DNA of 64,000 nt from a virus (Duplodnaviria > Caudoviricetes): the IMG/VR virus record IMGVR_UViG_3300028275_000007; one strand, 5' to 3'. Below are positions 7,670 through 15,090 of the stretch, piece by piece. Within the stretch, counting starts at the first letter, position 1. Each line of letters opens with the position of its first letter. The notes beneath the pieces are model-generated. The model searched no databases. It saw only the letters and a list, made by a program, of their open reading frames with translations, and had not been told where the DNA came from. The translations under genes were made by a program, and so were the position numbers.

Positions 7670-7894
7670 ATGATAAACAACTTACTCCAATGGTCCGGTA
7701 CTGCATTCCTCTTAGGAATGTATGTGGTTATGAACTTCTTCCACACTCTGCATCCTCTGCAGATCGTCTTGGGACTCTGCGGTGGCCTGTGCTATTTTGC
7801 TTGGAGCTACCGTGTGGCAAATAAGCCACAGATGATCGTTAACCTAGCGGGCATATCCGTATGCGCCGCAGGGTTATTCCACTATTTTGGTTGA
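7670..7894 (+). CDS. small multi-pass membrane protein
   Basis: 74 aa; three hydrophobic segments. Confidence 0.7.
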   Translation: MINNLLQWSGTAFLLGMYVVMNFFHTLHPLQIVLGLCGGLCYFAWSYRVANKPQMIVNLAGISVCAAGLFHYFG

Positions 7895-7919
7895 CAGTTT
7901 GGGCTAAAGATCCTATACT
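7891..7919 (+). promoter_or_regulatory. sigma70 early promoter
   Basis: TTGACA-N17-TATACT. Confidence 0.85.
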
Positions 7920-7946
7920 ATAAACACTGAAACAAAGGAGCGAACA

Positions 7947-8060
7947 ATGATCAAACTCATCGGATGGATTGCAGTTACCTGGGCTCTGTTCCACTTTGGC
8001 ATTGCTCAGGCCATCTTAATCACGGCCGCTGCTGCGGGAACCATAGTCTTCGGAGGTTGA
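7947..8060 (+). CDS. small hydrophobic protein (37 aa, not in ORF track)
   Basis: AAGGAGCGAA RBS; MIKLIGWIAVTWALFHFGIAQAILITAAAAGTIVFGG. Confidence 0.65.
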   Translation: MIKLIGWIAVTWALFHFGIAQAILITAAAAGTIVFGG

Positions 8061-8061
8061 T

Positions 8062-8322
8062 GTGTCAGGTTGGGTAGTCTACGATCAGCGTTCGGGTCAT
8101 ATGCAGAAGTATTACAAGCTGGCTGCAACTGCGAAAAGGATCGTCACACAGCACAACACAGAACGCGAGTATGATTGGGGCGATGGCTCAGGCAGCTACA
8201 CCTATCGTCCTCAGAGTCTTTGGGCCTGCTGCTCCTATGCAGACTACGAAGGGATTCTAATGGGTCTGCGTGGGGAAGCGTTTAAGATGTGGCAGTTTGT
8301 GCGCAATAACCCTAGAGGTTGA
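8062..8322 (+). CDS. hypothetical protein
   Basis: GGAGG RBS with GTG start. Confidence 0.65.
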   Translation: MSGWVVYDQRSGHMQKYYKLAATAKRIVTQHNTEREYDWGDGSGSYTYRPQSLWACCSYADYEGILMGLRGEAFKMWQFVRNNPRG

Positions 8323-8338
8323 CAGGTCTTCCAAAAGA
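8309..8338 (+). repeat. 30-bp direct repeat, copy 1 (promoter-containing)
   Basis: ACCCTAGAGGTTGACAGGTCTTCCAAAAGA identical to 8556-8585. Confidence 0.95.
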
Positions 8339-8347
8339 CAGTATAAT
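8319..8347 (+). promoter_or_regulatory. sigma70 early promoter
   Basis: TTGACA-N17-TATAAT. Confidence 0.9.
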
Positions 8348-8379
8348 TGACACATACACAAACAAACAAGGAGCGAAAG

Positions 8380-8553
8380 ATGATCAATCAAGACCTTAGA
8401 GTAATCGCAGGAATCCAAGAACGCCTGGGCCAACTGCCCGTGCTGGAAACCCTGATCTATATCGAAAACAACACTGGCGAGTTCACTATCGCTGAACTGC
8501 GTAGTTTCTACAACGTGATGTCACAATTCCGTGCGCTGTTTGCTGCCGCCTAA
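8380..8553 (+). CDS. hypothetical protein (57 aa)
   Basis: ATG 8380 after AAGGAGCGAA; the track start at 8347 lies in the -10 box. Confidence 0.7.
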   Translation: MINQDLRVIAGIQERLGQLPVLETLIYIENNTGEFTIAELRSFYNVMSQFRALFAAA

Positions 8554-8555
8554 AG

Positions 8556-8585
8556 ACCCTAGAGGTTGACAGGTCTTCCAAAAGA
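8556..8585 (+). repeat. 30-bp direct repeat, copy 2
   Basis: Identical to 8309-8338. Confidence 0.95.
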
Positions 8586-8594
8586 TCGTATAAT
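8566..8594 (+). promoter_or_regulatory. sigma70 early promoter
   Basis: TTGACA-N17-TATAAT. Confidence 0.9.
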
Positions 8595-8623
8595 ACACGC
8601 ATATTAACAAATAGGGAGCGCAA

Positions 8624-8860
8624 ATGAAACACAACGAAGTTCAACTCTACAAGAACATCGGCTCTATCCAGGCAGTCGAGGGTGACGAAGGCCGCTACTA
8701 CTTCTACCGTCACTTTGCCACAGGTAACACCTGCGATGAAGACACCATCAAAGGCGCCAAAGAGATGTTGGATTGGGAAGAAAAGAACTATCAAGAAGTA
8801 CAGGCCGCGATCCGTGTGCTTCAGGGCCGTGGCTATCGTGTGTTCAAAGAAGTGGCCTAA
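8624..8860 (+). CDS. hypothetical protein
   Basis: 78 aa; GGGAGCG RBS. Confidence 0.75.
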   Translation: MKHNEVQLYKNIGSIQAVEGDEGRYYFYRHFATGNTCDEDTIKGAKEMLDWEEKNYQEVQAAIRVLQGRGYRVFKEVA

Positions 8861-8865
8861 ATTGG

Positions 8866-8894
8866 TTGACAAACGGCCAGTTCGATCGTATAAT
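8866..8894 (+). promoter_or_regulatory. sigma70 early promoter
   Basis: TTGACA-N17-TATAAT. Confidence 0.9.
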
Positions 8895-8926
8895 ATACAC
8901 ATACACTAAACAACTAGGAGCTGAAA

Positions 8927-9109
8927 ATGGTTACAGAAGGTCAGGGAATGTTTGTCGTCATAGTAGGACTTGTGATCACTATGTTGGGCACAGGTGGTGT
9001 AGAGAATAGCATCACCAACACAGAGCTGCTACAGGCCCTAGCTGTTGCAGTAACTGGACTAGGTGCAATGTATGCAGGTACACTTATGATCCAGAGGGCT
9101 CAGCAATGA
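8927..9109 (+). CDS. small two-TM membrane protein
   Basis: 60 aa; AGGAGCTGAA RBS; two hydrophobic helices. Confidence 0.7.
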   Translation: MVTEGQGMFVVIVGLVITMLGTGGVENSITNTELLQALAVAVTGLGAMYAGTLMIQRAQQ

Positions 9110-9333
9110 CTATAGAACTACACGGACTTAATCGTCAACAACATCAGATCGCAGACATGATCTGGAGCTGTGAATCGCAAGCAGATGTTGAGCGGCTTAT
9201 ACGGAACCTGCCCCCCGCATATCAAAAGGATGCTGTAGTCATACACGATCTAATGATCGCTGCTGTGATGGATCAACATATGGAGATCACTGAAGATGTT
9301 CGTGCGCTTATTCGTAGCCTTAGCTCTAGCTAA
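9106..9333 (+). CDS. hypothetical protein
   Basis: 75 aa; ATGA overlap. Confidence 0.7.
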   Translation: MTIELHGLNRQQHQIADMIWSCESQADVERLIRNLPPAYQKDAVVIHDLMIAAVMDQHMEITEDVRALIRSLSSS

Positions 9334-9496
9334 TCTAGCTGCCTGTACAGCCTACGATCGTAGAGACGCAGCTTGGTCACGGCCCTATCATCAGAAGTTT
9401 GATCAGATTCCCAATCAACCTGGCGAGGCTCTTCGACGCTGTGGAGGTCAGGTTAGACCTGAACTGAGGACACCGGAGATGACCGACCGGTGCTGA
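9296..9496 (+). CDS. putative small lipoprotein
   Basis: Hydrophobic N-terminus with LAAC lipobox; two further Cys. Confidence 0.55.
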   Translation: MFVRLFVALALANLAACTAYDRRDAAWSRPYHQKFDQIPNQPGEALRRCGGQVRPELRTPEMTDRC

Positions 9497-9658
9497 GGTG
9501 GTGGGGGGTGGCCGGTATAGTGTGTATACTATAGTAGTAGTTTTACTAGCGGTATGGGGTCTAAAATCACCACCCTGAAATGAAAAGTACTCCACCCAAA
9601 TTTTTTGCGCGGCCAAATTTTTGACCTCTAAAACCCTTTTCTTAGTATATACTAGTCT

Positions 9659-10159
9659 ATGCTTTATACACCCAAATATCAACAGATGCTGGTTCAAGAA
9701 CATCTGCGCAGACCCTGGGGCGATGTTGGTCATCGTTACTCTGAACATATCTTAGAGCTTTATCATCAATACTCCTGTGCGCACATCTTGGACTACGGCT
9801 GTGGACAAGCTCTGCTCAGTAAAAAAATCGGCGATCTAGTCCCTGTGGATAACTATGATCCCGGAATCCCAGCTTATTCTACTCTGCCACAACCTAGAGA
9901 TCTCGTAGTCTGCGTAGATGTCTTAGAGCACATAGAACCTCAGTGTATTCACTCAGTCTTGGCACATCTACAGTCTTTGACTCTAAAAGTAGCCTATGTT
10001 AACATATCGTCAGTGCCTGCACGTAGTTCATTCCCTAACGGACAAAATCTTCATCTTATACAAGAACCCCTAGAATGGTGGCTAAGTCAGCTTAGTCAGT
10101 ACTTTACTCTTGGCTCTGTTACTAACAATCTAGTTATATGCCACAGTACGCACTCCTAA
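9659..10159 (+). CDS. class I SAM-dependent methyltransferase
   Basis: ILDYGCGQA motif I; DLVVCVDVLEHIEP. Confidence 0.8.
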   Translation: MLYTPKYQQMLVQEHLRRPWGDVGHRYSEHILELYHQYSCAHILDYGCGQALLSKKIGDLVPVDNYDPGIPAYSTLPQPRDLVVCVDVLEHIEPQCIHSVLAHLQSLTLKVAYVNISSVPARSSFPNGQNLHLIQEPLEWWLSQLSQYFTLGSVTNNLVICHSTHS

Positions 10160-10323
10160 ACTCTGATCCCCAGCTTAGAGAATTCTTTGCTTTTATAGAG
10201 CAACACAGTCTCCGTCACGAAATCCACTTAAATCGTACTCGTGTATGGATTGATTCCAGTCCTATATTAACTGAGTTTTTACTACGGTTTACTTCAGTGT
10301 TTCGTGTTCTAGATGATATATAG
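10138..10323 (+). CDS. hypothetical protein
   Basis: 61 aa ORF in a co-directional run. Confidence 0.55.
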   Translation: MPQYALLNSDPQLREFFAFIEQHSLRHEIHLNRTRVWIDSSPILTEFLLRFTSVFRVLDDI

Positions 10324-10326
10324 TGT

Positions 10327-10527
10327 ATGCAGACATTTAGTCCCCACCCCGATTGGCGCCGAACCTTTGAGTTTACGGCGCAGTATGTATCCACTCTAGA
10401 TCTGTCATTTAAACCGGATCCCATTCTAGCTCATAAGCAGACTCTAGAGTTTGTCATAGATCCTGTTATACACAAGTTCAGTCTCGCCAATGCACAGATT
10501 CATAACTCATCAACATCAGTGGCTTAA
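10327..10527 (+). CDS. hypothetical protein
   Basis: 66 aa ORF in a co-directional run. Confidence 0.5.
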   Translation: MQTFSPHPDWRRTFEFTAQYVSTLDLSFKPDPILAHKQTLEFVIDPVIHKFSLANAQIHNSSTSVA

Positions 10528-10589
10528 ACGACGCAAACTGCCCTTGGGATCTCACATAGATATAAGGGTTTGATGTAAATACTAGTGTA

Positions 10590-10853
10590 ATGCTACTTGT
10601 GTACCTAGAGCCATTTCGCCAGTCGCAGATTACCTTACTTAATTCTTGGCGCGACTCAGTACACTATTGGCCTCGTAGTTATGCTCACACTGATGCCTAT
10701 AACTCTGCTATTCCCACAGACTACTGGCTGCTTTTTGGAGTGCCAAAATTGGCCACACAATGGCTTCTACAGTATCCTGAACACTCGCGTATAATGCGCA
10801 CTCTGTTCGAAGACTTTGATCAAGATTTACTGACTAAATTCTCTTGTAGATAG
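10590..10853 (+). CDS. hypothetical protein
   Basis: 87 aa; TAAATA at 10576-10581. Confidence 0.55.
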   Translation: MLLVYLEPFRQSQITLLNSWRDSVHYWPRSYAHTDAYNSAIPTDYWLLFGVPKLATQWLLQYPEHSRIMRTLFEDFDQDLLTKFSCR

Positions 10854-10885
10854 GGCTTCTGCGGATATATGCGCAGATAATTCTT

Positions 10886-11509
10886 CTAAAAAATCTTGCG
10901 CTGCTGCGCTTCGCGCTCAGGAATTTGCGCTGCGGCTTCGCCGACTCTATAGAAATTACTTCCCCAAGATCTAGGCATTGCATTAAAGCTCAGAGTTTTT
11001 CTTGGTTCTTCGCTGGTGTGTGCTGTGGTTGAGTGCTGTAGATAACTGGGCCATAGGAGTAGATCACCTTGTTCTACGGGCAGTATGACTTCTGTCTGTG
11101 ACCAGGCTGTGGGCCTTTGATCCAGTTTCATAGTCCAGTGTGTAGATGAGTTTAAGCCCTGTTTGTGAAATCTAATCTCTGTTTCGGGTGTTGACCAATA
11201 CCAAGTTCCCGACACTATGGAATTAGGGTGGCTGTGCTGATGTATGGAGTCGCCGGTATTATAGACATTGATCCAACTTTCTGTGATGTAGAGTGTATCC
11301 GTGATGCCCAGAACCTGTTCAGCCCACTGTTGAACCCTTTGTTCAATTATTTGGTGTAGATCTGGAACTGTGTCCAAAACTCTCTGGGACAGGGAGTAAC
11401 AGTGATTGGTCTGATATTCACAGGGAATCTGATCAAGCTGCTGTTGCCAGGTTCCGGGCCAAATCTGTTGGCGAGTCACGGGTTCGGAAAATAAGCCTAG
11501 GGTCTGCAT
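10886..11509 (-). CDS. 2OG-Fe(II) oxygenase (TIGR02466-like)
   Basis: ESWINVY..G....HSHPNSIVSGTWY; LLLWPSYLQH; RKTLSFN. Confidence 0.85.
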   Translation of the reverse strand: MQTLGLFSEPVTRQQIWPGTWQQQLDQIPCEYQTNHCYSLSQRVLDTVPDLHQIIEQRVQQWAEQVLGITDTLYITESWINVYNTGDSIHQHSHPNSIVSGTWYWSTPETEIRFHKQGLNSSTHWTMKLDQRPTAWSQTEVILPVEQGDLLLWPSYLQHSTTAHTSEEPRKTLSFNAMPRSWGSNFYRVGEAAAQIPEREAQQRKIF

Positions 11510-11565
11510 ATCAATATTTAATTCACTGACCAGTTTATGGGATAAGTATGTGACAAGGAGATACT

Positions 11566-12153
11566 ATGACTGAAGAACTGTTGCCTAAACTGACTCAAAT
11601 TGATGACCTTTTTGAGGGTCAGGTCCGGGGCTGGCTAGCTGAACGCATCGGCAACCCATTGACTAATTGGGGATTTTTTCCTCCAGAAATGGCCCGAGAT
11701 ATTCGCAGATACGACTGGCACCAATATACCAATGTGGTCTATGACAACGACACCGTGATCAACGAAGAACTAATGGACATCTGTCAAATGATCCTATTCC
11801 GAGCCTTGGATCATCAGGGCAAAAACCTAAGTAGAATTTTTAAAATAAGAGTAGTTAATTCTCTACCCGGAGATCGTGGCAATAGCCAACCGCACATTGA
11901 CATCACAGGCCCACATCAAACTGGCATTTATTTCCCCATGGATTCCGACGGCACCACAGACATTCTTCGTGAACGTTCTTGGATGCAGGACTGGGAATTA
12001 CCCCAGAATTTGGAGAACATTGTGCATCGTCTAGAACCCCGTGGTGGTACTTGGTACGACTTTGACGGCACACACTGGCGCTGGACTGGACGTCCTCAAG
12101 AACATCAACAGCGTATCTGTGTGATCTTCAATTACACAACCACAAGGGTATAA
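11566..12153 (+). CDS. putative 2OG-Fe(II) oxygenase/cupin-fold protein
   Basis: PHID (HxD), FDGTHWH-like segment, RICVIFN; AAGGAG RBS. Confidence 0.65.
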   Translation: MTEELLPKLTQIDDLFEGQVRGWLAERIGNPLTNWGFFPPEMARDIRRYDWHQYTNVVYDNDTVINEELMDICQMILFRALDHQGKNLSRIFKIRVVNSLPGDRGNSQPHIDITGPHQTGIYFPMDSDGTTDILRERSWMQDWELPQNLENIVHRLEPRGGTWYDFDGTHWRWTGRPQEHQQRICVIFNYTTTRV

Positions 12154-12156
12154 ATA
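12149..12156 (+). promoter_or_regulatory. T4-type late promoter
   Basis: TATAAATA upstream of 12178. Confidence 0.7.
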
Positions 12157-12177
12157 TACTATTACAGGAGACGACCC

Positions 12178-12369
12178 GTGATAGCATATAGAGTAATGGC
12201 CCGAAATTTAAAAACACGCATTAGAATAGAAAGACAGCAGATCGACGGCCGTCTAATCACCAACGAAGACCTTGCCTGGAGATTGGCCCAAGATTTTGCT
12301 GTTCAACAAGAGCAGCGAACGCTGGATCAATGGAAGGCAGAAGTTGAATCATACACACCCAGAAGCTAA
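12178..12369 (+). CDS. hypothetical protein
   Basis: CAGGAG RBS; GTG start; late box upstream. Confidence 0.65.
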   Translation: MIAYRVMARNLKTRIRIERQQIDGRLITNEDLAWRLAQDFAVQQEQRTLDQWKAEVESYTPRS

Positions 12370-13267
12370 AAAAGATCCTCGCAGACTATGGATATTTGGT
12401 GATAGCTGGTCTGCGCTGTGGCCCGATCGCGATCCTATTCGCGTATGGACACGTCAACTGAGTCACGCCTTGGCCACTGAGCTAGGTGAAGTAATACAGT
12501 TACGCAATAATTCATTGGTAGGTTCTGCACAGGACTGGGCCCTAAATGAATTCCTAAAAGTTGTTCATTTAATAGATCCCAATGACATTGTGATCTTTAT
12601 TCTAACCAGTCCAGCAAGATTTTGGTACTTTGAAGATGAACCTACGATCAGTAACTGGAATATCATGGATCTTGATCAACACATATCTTCAGAACAGGCC
12701 AAGGCCATTGAACTGTTTATCAAGCACATACAAAGACCACACATTGATAGTCTAGCAATGCGATCGCGCCTAGGACTCATTGCCTACGAAATTGCCAGAA
12801 GAGGTCTAAATCGTGCTCTAGTTATTCCGGGCTTTGATATGGACCTAGTTGGCTGCGATCAATATGAACATCTGTTGTTTGCTCAGGGAAATTTATCTTT
12901 TATTCAATGGGGCGAATACAAGGATAAGAAAAAACTAGATGAAATGCTGGACCAAGGACACTCGGGATATTTCCAGGGCGGAGACTGTAGATACAATCAT
13001 ATGTGCCTGTGCAATCACGATGTCCTAGTTAAAAAGATTCTAGACACCTTGGTCAAAGGTCAACCCTTGGATCTTACCTCAGGATTTCATACAGAGCTGA
13101 TTGGTCCAGATTGGCTGTCTGACCAGGATCTTGTCGAAGGTGAATTGAATCCCCAGGCCGTAGAATTCTTTATCAAAGAAATACAGACTTCAAAATGGAA
13201 CCTGCCTTGGAAAAAGCGGTCTGGGGTAGAAAAAGTTATGCAGTCTAGAGGATACCACGCTGGTTAG
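12272..13267 (+). CDS. SGNH/GDSL-like protein (true start probably further downstream)
   Basis: IFGDSWS block-I-like motif; late YNH. Confidence 0.6.
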   Translation: MPGDWPKILLFNKSSERWINGRQKLNHTHPEAKKDPRRLWIFGDSWSALWPDRDPIRVWTRQLSHALATELGEVIQLRNNSLVGSAQDWALNEFLKVVHLIDPNDIVIFILTSPARFWYFEDEPTISNWNIMDLDQHISSEQAKAIELFIKHIQRPHIDSLAMRSRLGLIAYEIARRGLNRALVIPGFDMDLVGCDQYEHLLFAQGNLSFIQWGEYKDKKKLDEMLDQGHSGYFQGGDCRYNHMCLCNHDVLVKKILDTLVKGQPLDLTSGFHTELIGPDWLSDQDLVEGELNPQAVEFFIKEIQTSKWNLPWKKRSGVEKVMQSRGYHAG

Positions 13268-13701
13268 TGGTATAGGTAGTTTACACTATCTTCGTTTTCT
13301 CTATGAATCTCAGCACCGTTTTTCAAGTGAAATCTCTTGGCCATTTCTGTCTTAGGACTTAGAGTAACATAGGTTTCCACTTCAGGGTGTTCCTTTTTAA
13401 TGTGCTCTTGAGCCTGTTCGATTAGAGTACGGCCTGCACCAGCAGCATATGACCAAATAGTATAGAATACTGCGGTATTTGTGTTAATTGCAGCTTCGGC
13501 TAGATCGTTCACAGAACTAGGAATTTTTTCTAAGAACTTTACGCAGGTCACTGCCAGAGGTTCTTGTGTGGTTTCGTCGCGAAGAACAAAGATTTTTGAG
13601 TTTTGATTAACTCTTTGTTCAACGGGAATTTCAGGACGAACAGGATCGTCTTTGATTAAATTAAGTAGATTATCTGATAAGTCTTGGATGATGTGTAACA
13701 T
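13264..13701 (-). CDS. conserved phage protein, GNAT-like fold
   Basis: FYTIWSYAAGAGRTLI; TLSPKTEMAKRFHLKNGA; TATAAATA at 13723-13730. Confidence 0.65.
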   Translation of the reverse strand: MLHIIQDLSDNLLNLIKDDPVRPEIPVEQRVNQNSKIFVLRDETTQEPLAVTCVKFLEKIPSSVNDLAEAAINTNTAVFYTIWSYAAGAGRTLIEQAQEHIKKEHPEVETYVTLSPKTEMAKRFHLKNGAEIHRENEDSVNYLYH

Positions 13702-13750
13702 TTTTGTGCCCCATAATATGCGTATTTATATTATAAGACAAAAAATGTCA

Positions 13751-14464
13751 TTAGTCAAGCGGTTGTATAGCCTGTTCTAGAGAAAGTTCTTGATCTTCCA
13801 ATTCTCTAATTTTGTCAGTGAGCTCGTCGATAAGTCCAAGGTTACGAAGTATTTTGAATACAAGATTTTCTACTGACCACTCGCCCGCACGTTCCAATCC
13901 GCTCTTGCGCATCTGTGTAACTTTATCTTTTACTGTGCGTAACTTATCGATATCCTTGCTCAATAATGCGTGTTCGATCTGACGCAGTATTGCATCTTTT
14001 TTGGCTTCAATTGCAGCATCGTCTACTTGAGGTTTTACCTTCTTGGGCTCTACGAGCCACTTATCATCTAACAGAGAAAAAACGCCTGTTGAGTGATGTG
14101 GTTCATCTGCGCCTTGTACGTAGCATTCTACGGGCAAGCCTTTGATAGTGATGTCGTGTTGTTCTGCCCAAAGTGCCTTTTTAGCGGAAAATAATTCACG
14201 TTGTTCGTCTGTTGCTGTGCCTGGGATGATAATGTGTAAATCTAGATCTGAATACTGTGTCCAAGTATAATTAGCATTAGATCCGGTGATTGTGTAATCT
14301 TCTACTTCTAGATCAATGCCTACAAATTCTTCAAAGGCGTGTGCAATTTCAATTAATTTATTTCTAACTTCTGGATTGAGTTTGTCACTTGCCCAAATTT
14401 TAGGGTTTAGTTTTGAGTTTACGGTAACAAAATCTGAAGATTCATCTAATTCACGTAAACGCAT
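13751..14464 (-). CDS. Pol-beta superfamily nucleotidyltransferase
   Basis: ITGSNANY....SDLDLH (GS...DxD), third acid in VECYVQ; helical C-terminal domain. Confidence 0.8.
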   Translation of the reverse strand: MRLRELDESSDFVTVNSKLNPKIWASDKLNPEVRNKLIEIAHAFEEFVGIDLEVEDYTITGSNANYTWTQYSDLDLHIIIPGTATDEQRELFSAKKALWAEQHDITIKGLPVECYVQGADEPHHSTGVFSLLDDKWLVEPKKVKPQVDDAAIEAKKDAILRQIEHALLSKDIDKLRTVKDKVTQMRKSGLERAGEWSVENLVFKILRNLGLIDELTDKIRELEDQELSLEQAIQPLD

Positions 14465-14465
14465 A

Positions 14466-14846
14466 TTAAACTCCGTATTTGTTACGTTTTGGCTTTGCTA
14501 CAGAACTTGTTATATTAACATCTTTAGCTTCGGTTGATTTTGGAGTGCTAATTAGTTTAACGGCACCTGCGTGAACTTCTTTTGCTGCCTGCTTGACCAT
14601 TTTTTCGCTTTCGTTGTCATATGCTACAACAATAGCGTTTTCGCCCCAAGGAGTGTTAGGGGAAAACTGGTCTCGATCTGCAGGCTTACTTCCACCTGCT
14701 CTAGCTAGGGCCATACCAAATCTGTATTGTTTGTACGGATCTTGGTTCTGTAATGATGGAATAGAAAAGGTTGATGGTAGTGCATCAGCAACATCGTCTT
14801 GGATACTGCCTTCTCTAGCTTCGTTAATAAATTCTTTGGCTCGCAT
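14466..14846 (-). CDS. putative internal head protein (capsid-targeting-like N-terminus)
   Basis: MRAKEFINE resembles T4 CTS MKTYQEFIAE; TAAATA-N5-ATG. Confidence 0.65.
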   Translation of the reverse strand: MRAKEFINEAREGSIQDDVADALPSTFSIPSLQNQDPYKQYRFGMALARAGGSKPADRDQFSPNTPWGENAIVVAYDNESEKMVKQAAKEVHAGAVKLISTPKSTEAKDVNITSSVAKPKRNKYGV

Positions 14847-14850
14847 ATCA

Positions 14851-15090
14851 TTATTTAGCCCACATTAGATAGTAAGTAGCTAAGGTGCGTTCATCGTAGA
14901 ATTCTGCTATTAAACGACAATACATATCGTTTCTTTCAAGCACAACCTGACAATTAGTATGATTTTGATTTAACAACCATTTAGTATGATCTACACCAAT
15001 CGTACGGTGTACTTTAGGCCAATCGATTTCAATATATTCGCCCTCGTGTGGTAACCACTTTAACAGCTCTACCTTAGATGTCTTCATCAT
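14851..15090 (-). CDS. hypothetical protein
   Basis: Overlaps helicase 3' end; GGTGG upstream. Confidence 0.6.
   Translation of the reverse strand: MMKTSKVELLKWLPHEGEYIEIDWPKVHRTIGVDHTKWLLNQNHTNCQVVLERNDMYCRLIAEFYDERTLATYYLMWAK

Noticed and set aside
8309-8585. 30-bp direct repeats as a mini-CRISPR or IS ends
   Set aside because: Only two copies, 247 bp apart, containing a -35 box and flanking a gene; no cas or transposase.
97-8902. Long minus-strand ORFs in the early region (e.g. 530-862, 1462-1863, 2723-3178, 3233-3634, 4812-5189, 8486-8902)
   Set aside because: Antisense shadows of codon-biased plus-strand genes; no promoter, RBS or motifs.
9377-9748. 123-aa minus-strand ORF across the boundary region
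   Set aside because: Overlaps two plus-strand genes and low-complexity non-coding tracts; no start signals.
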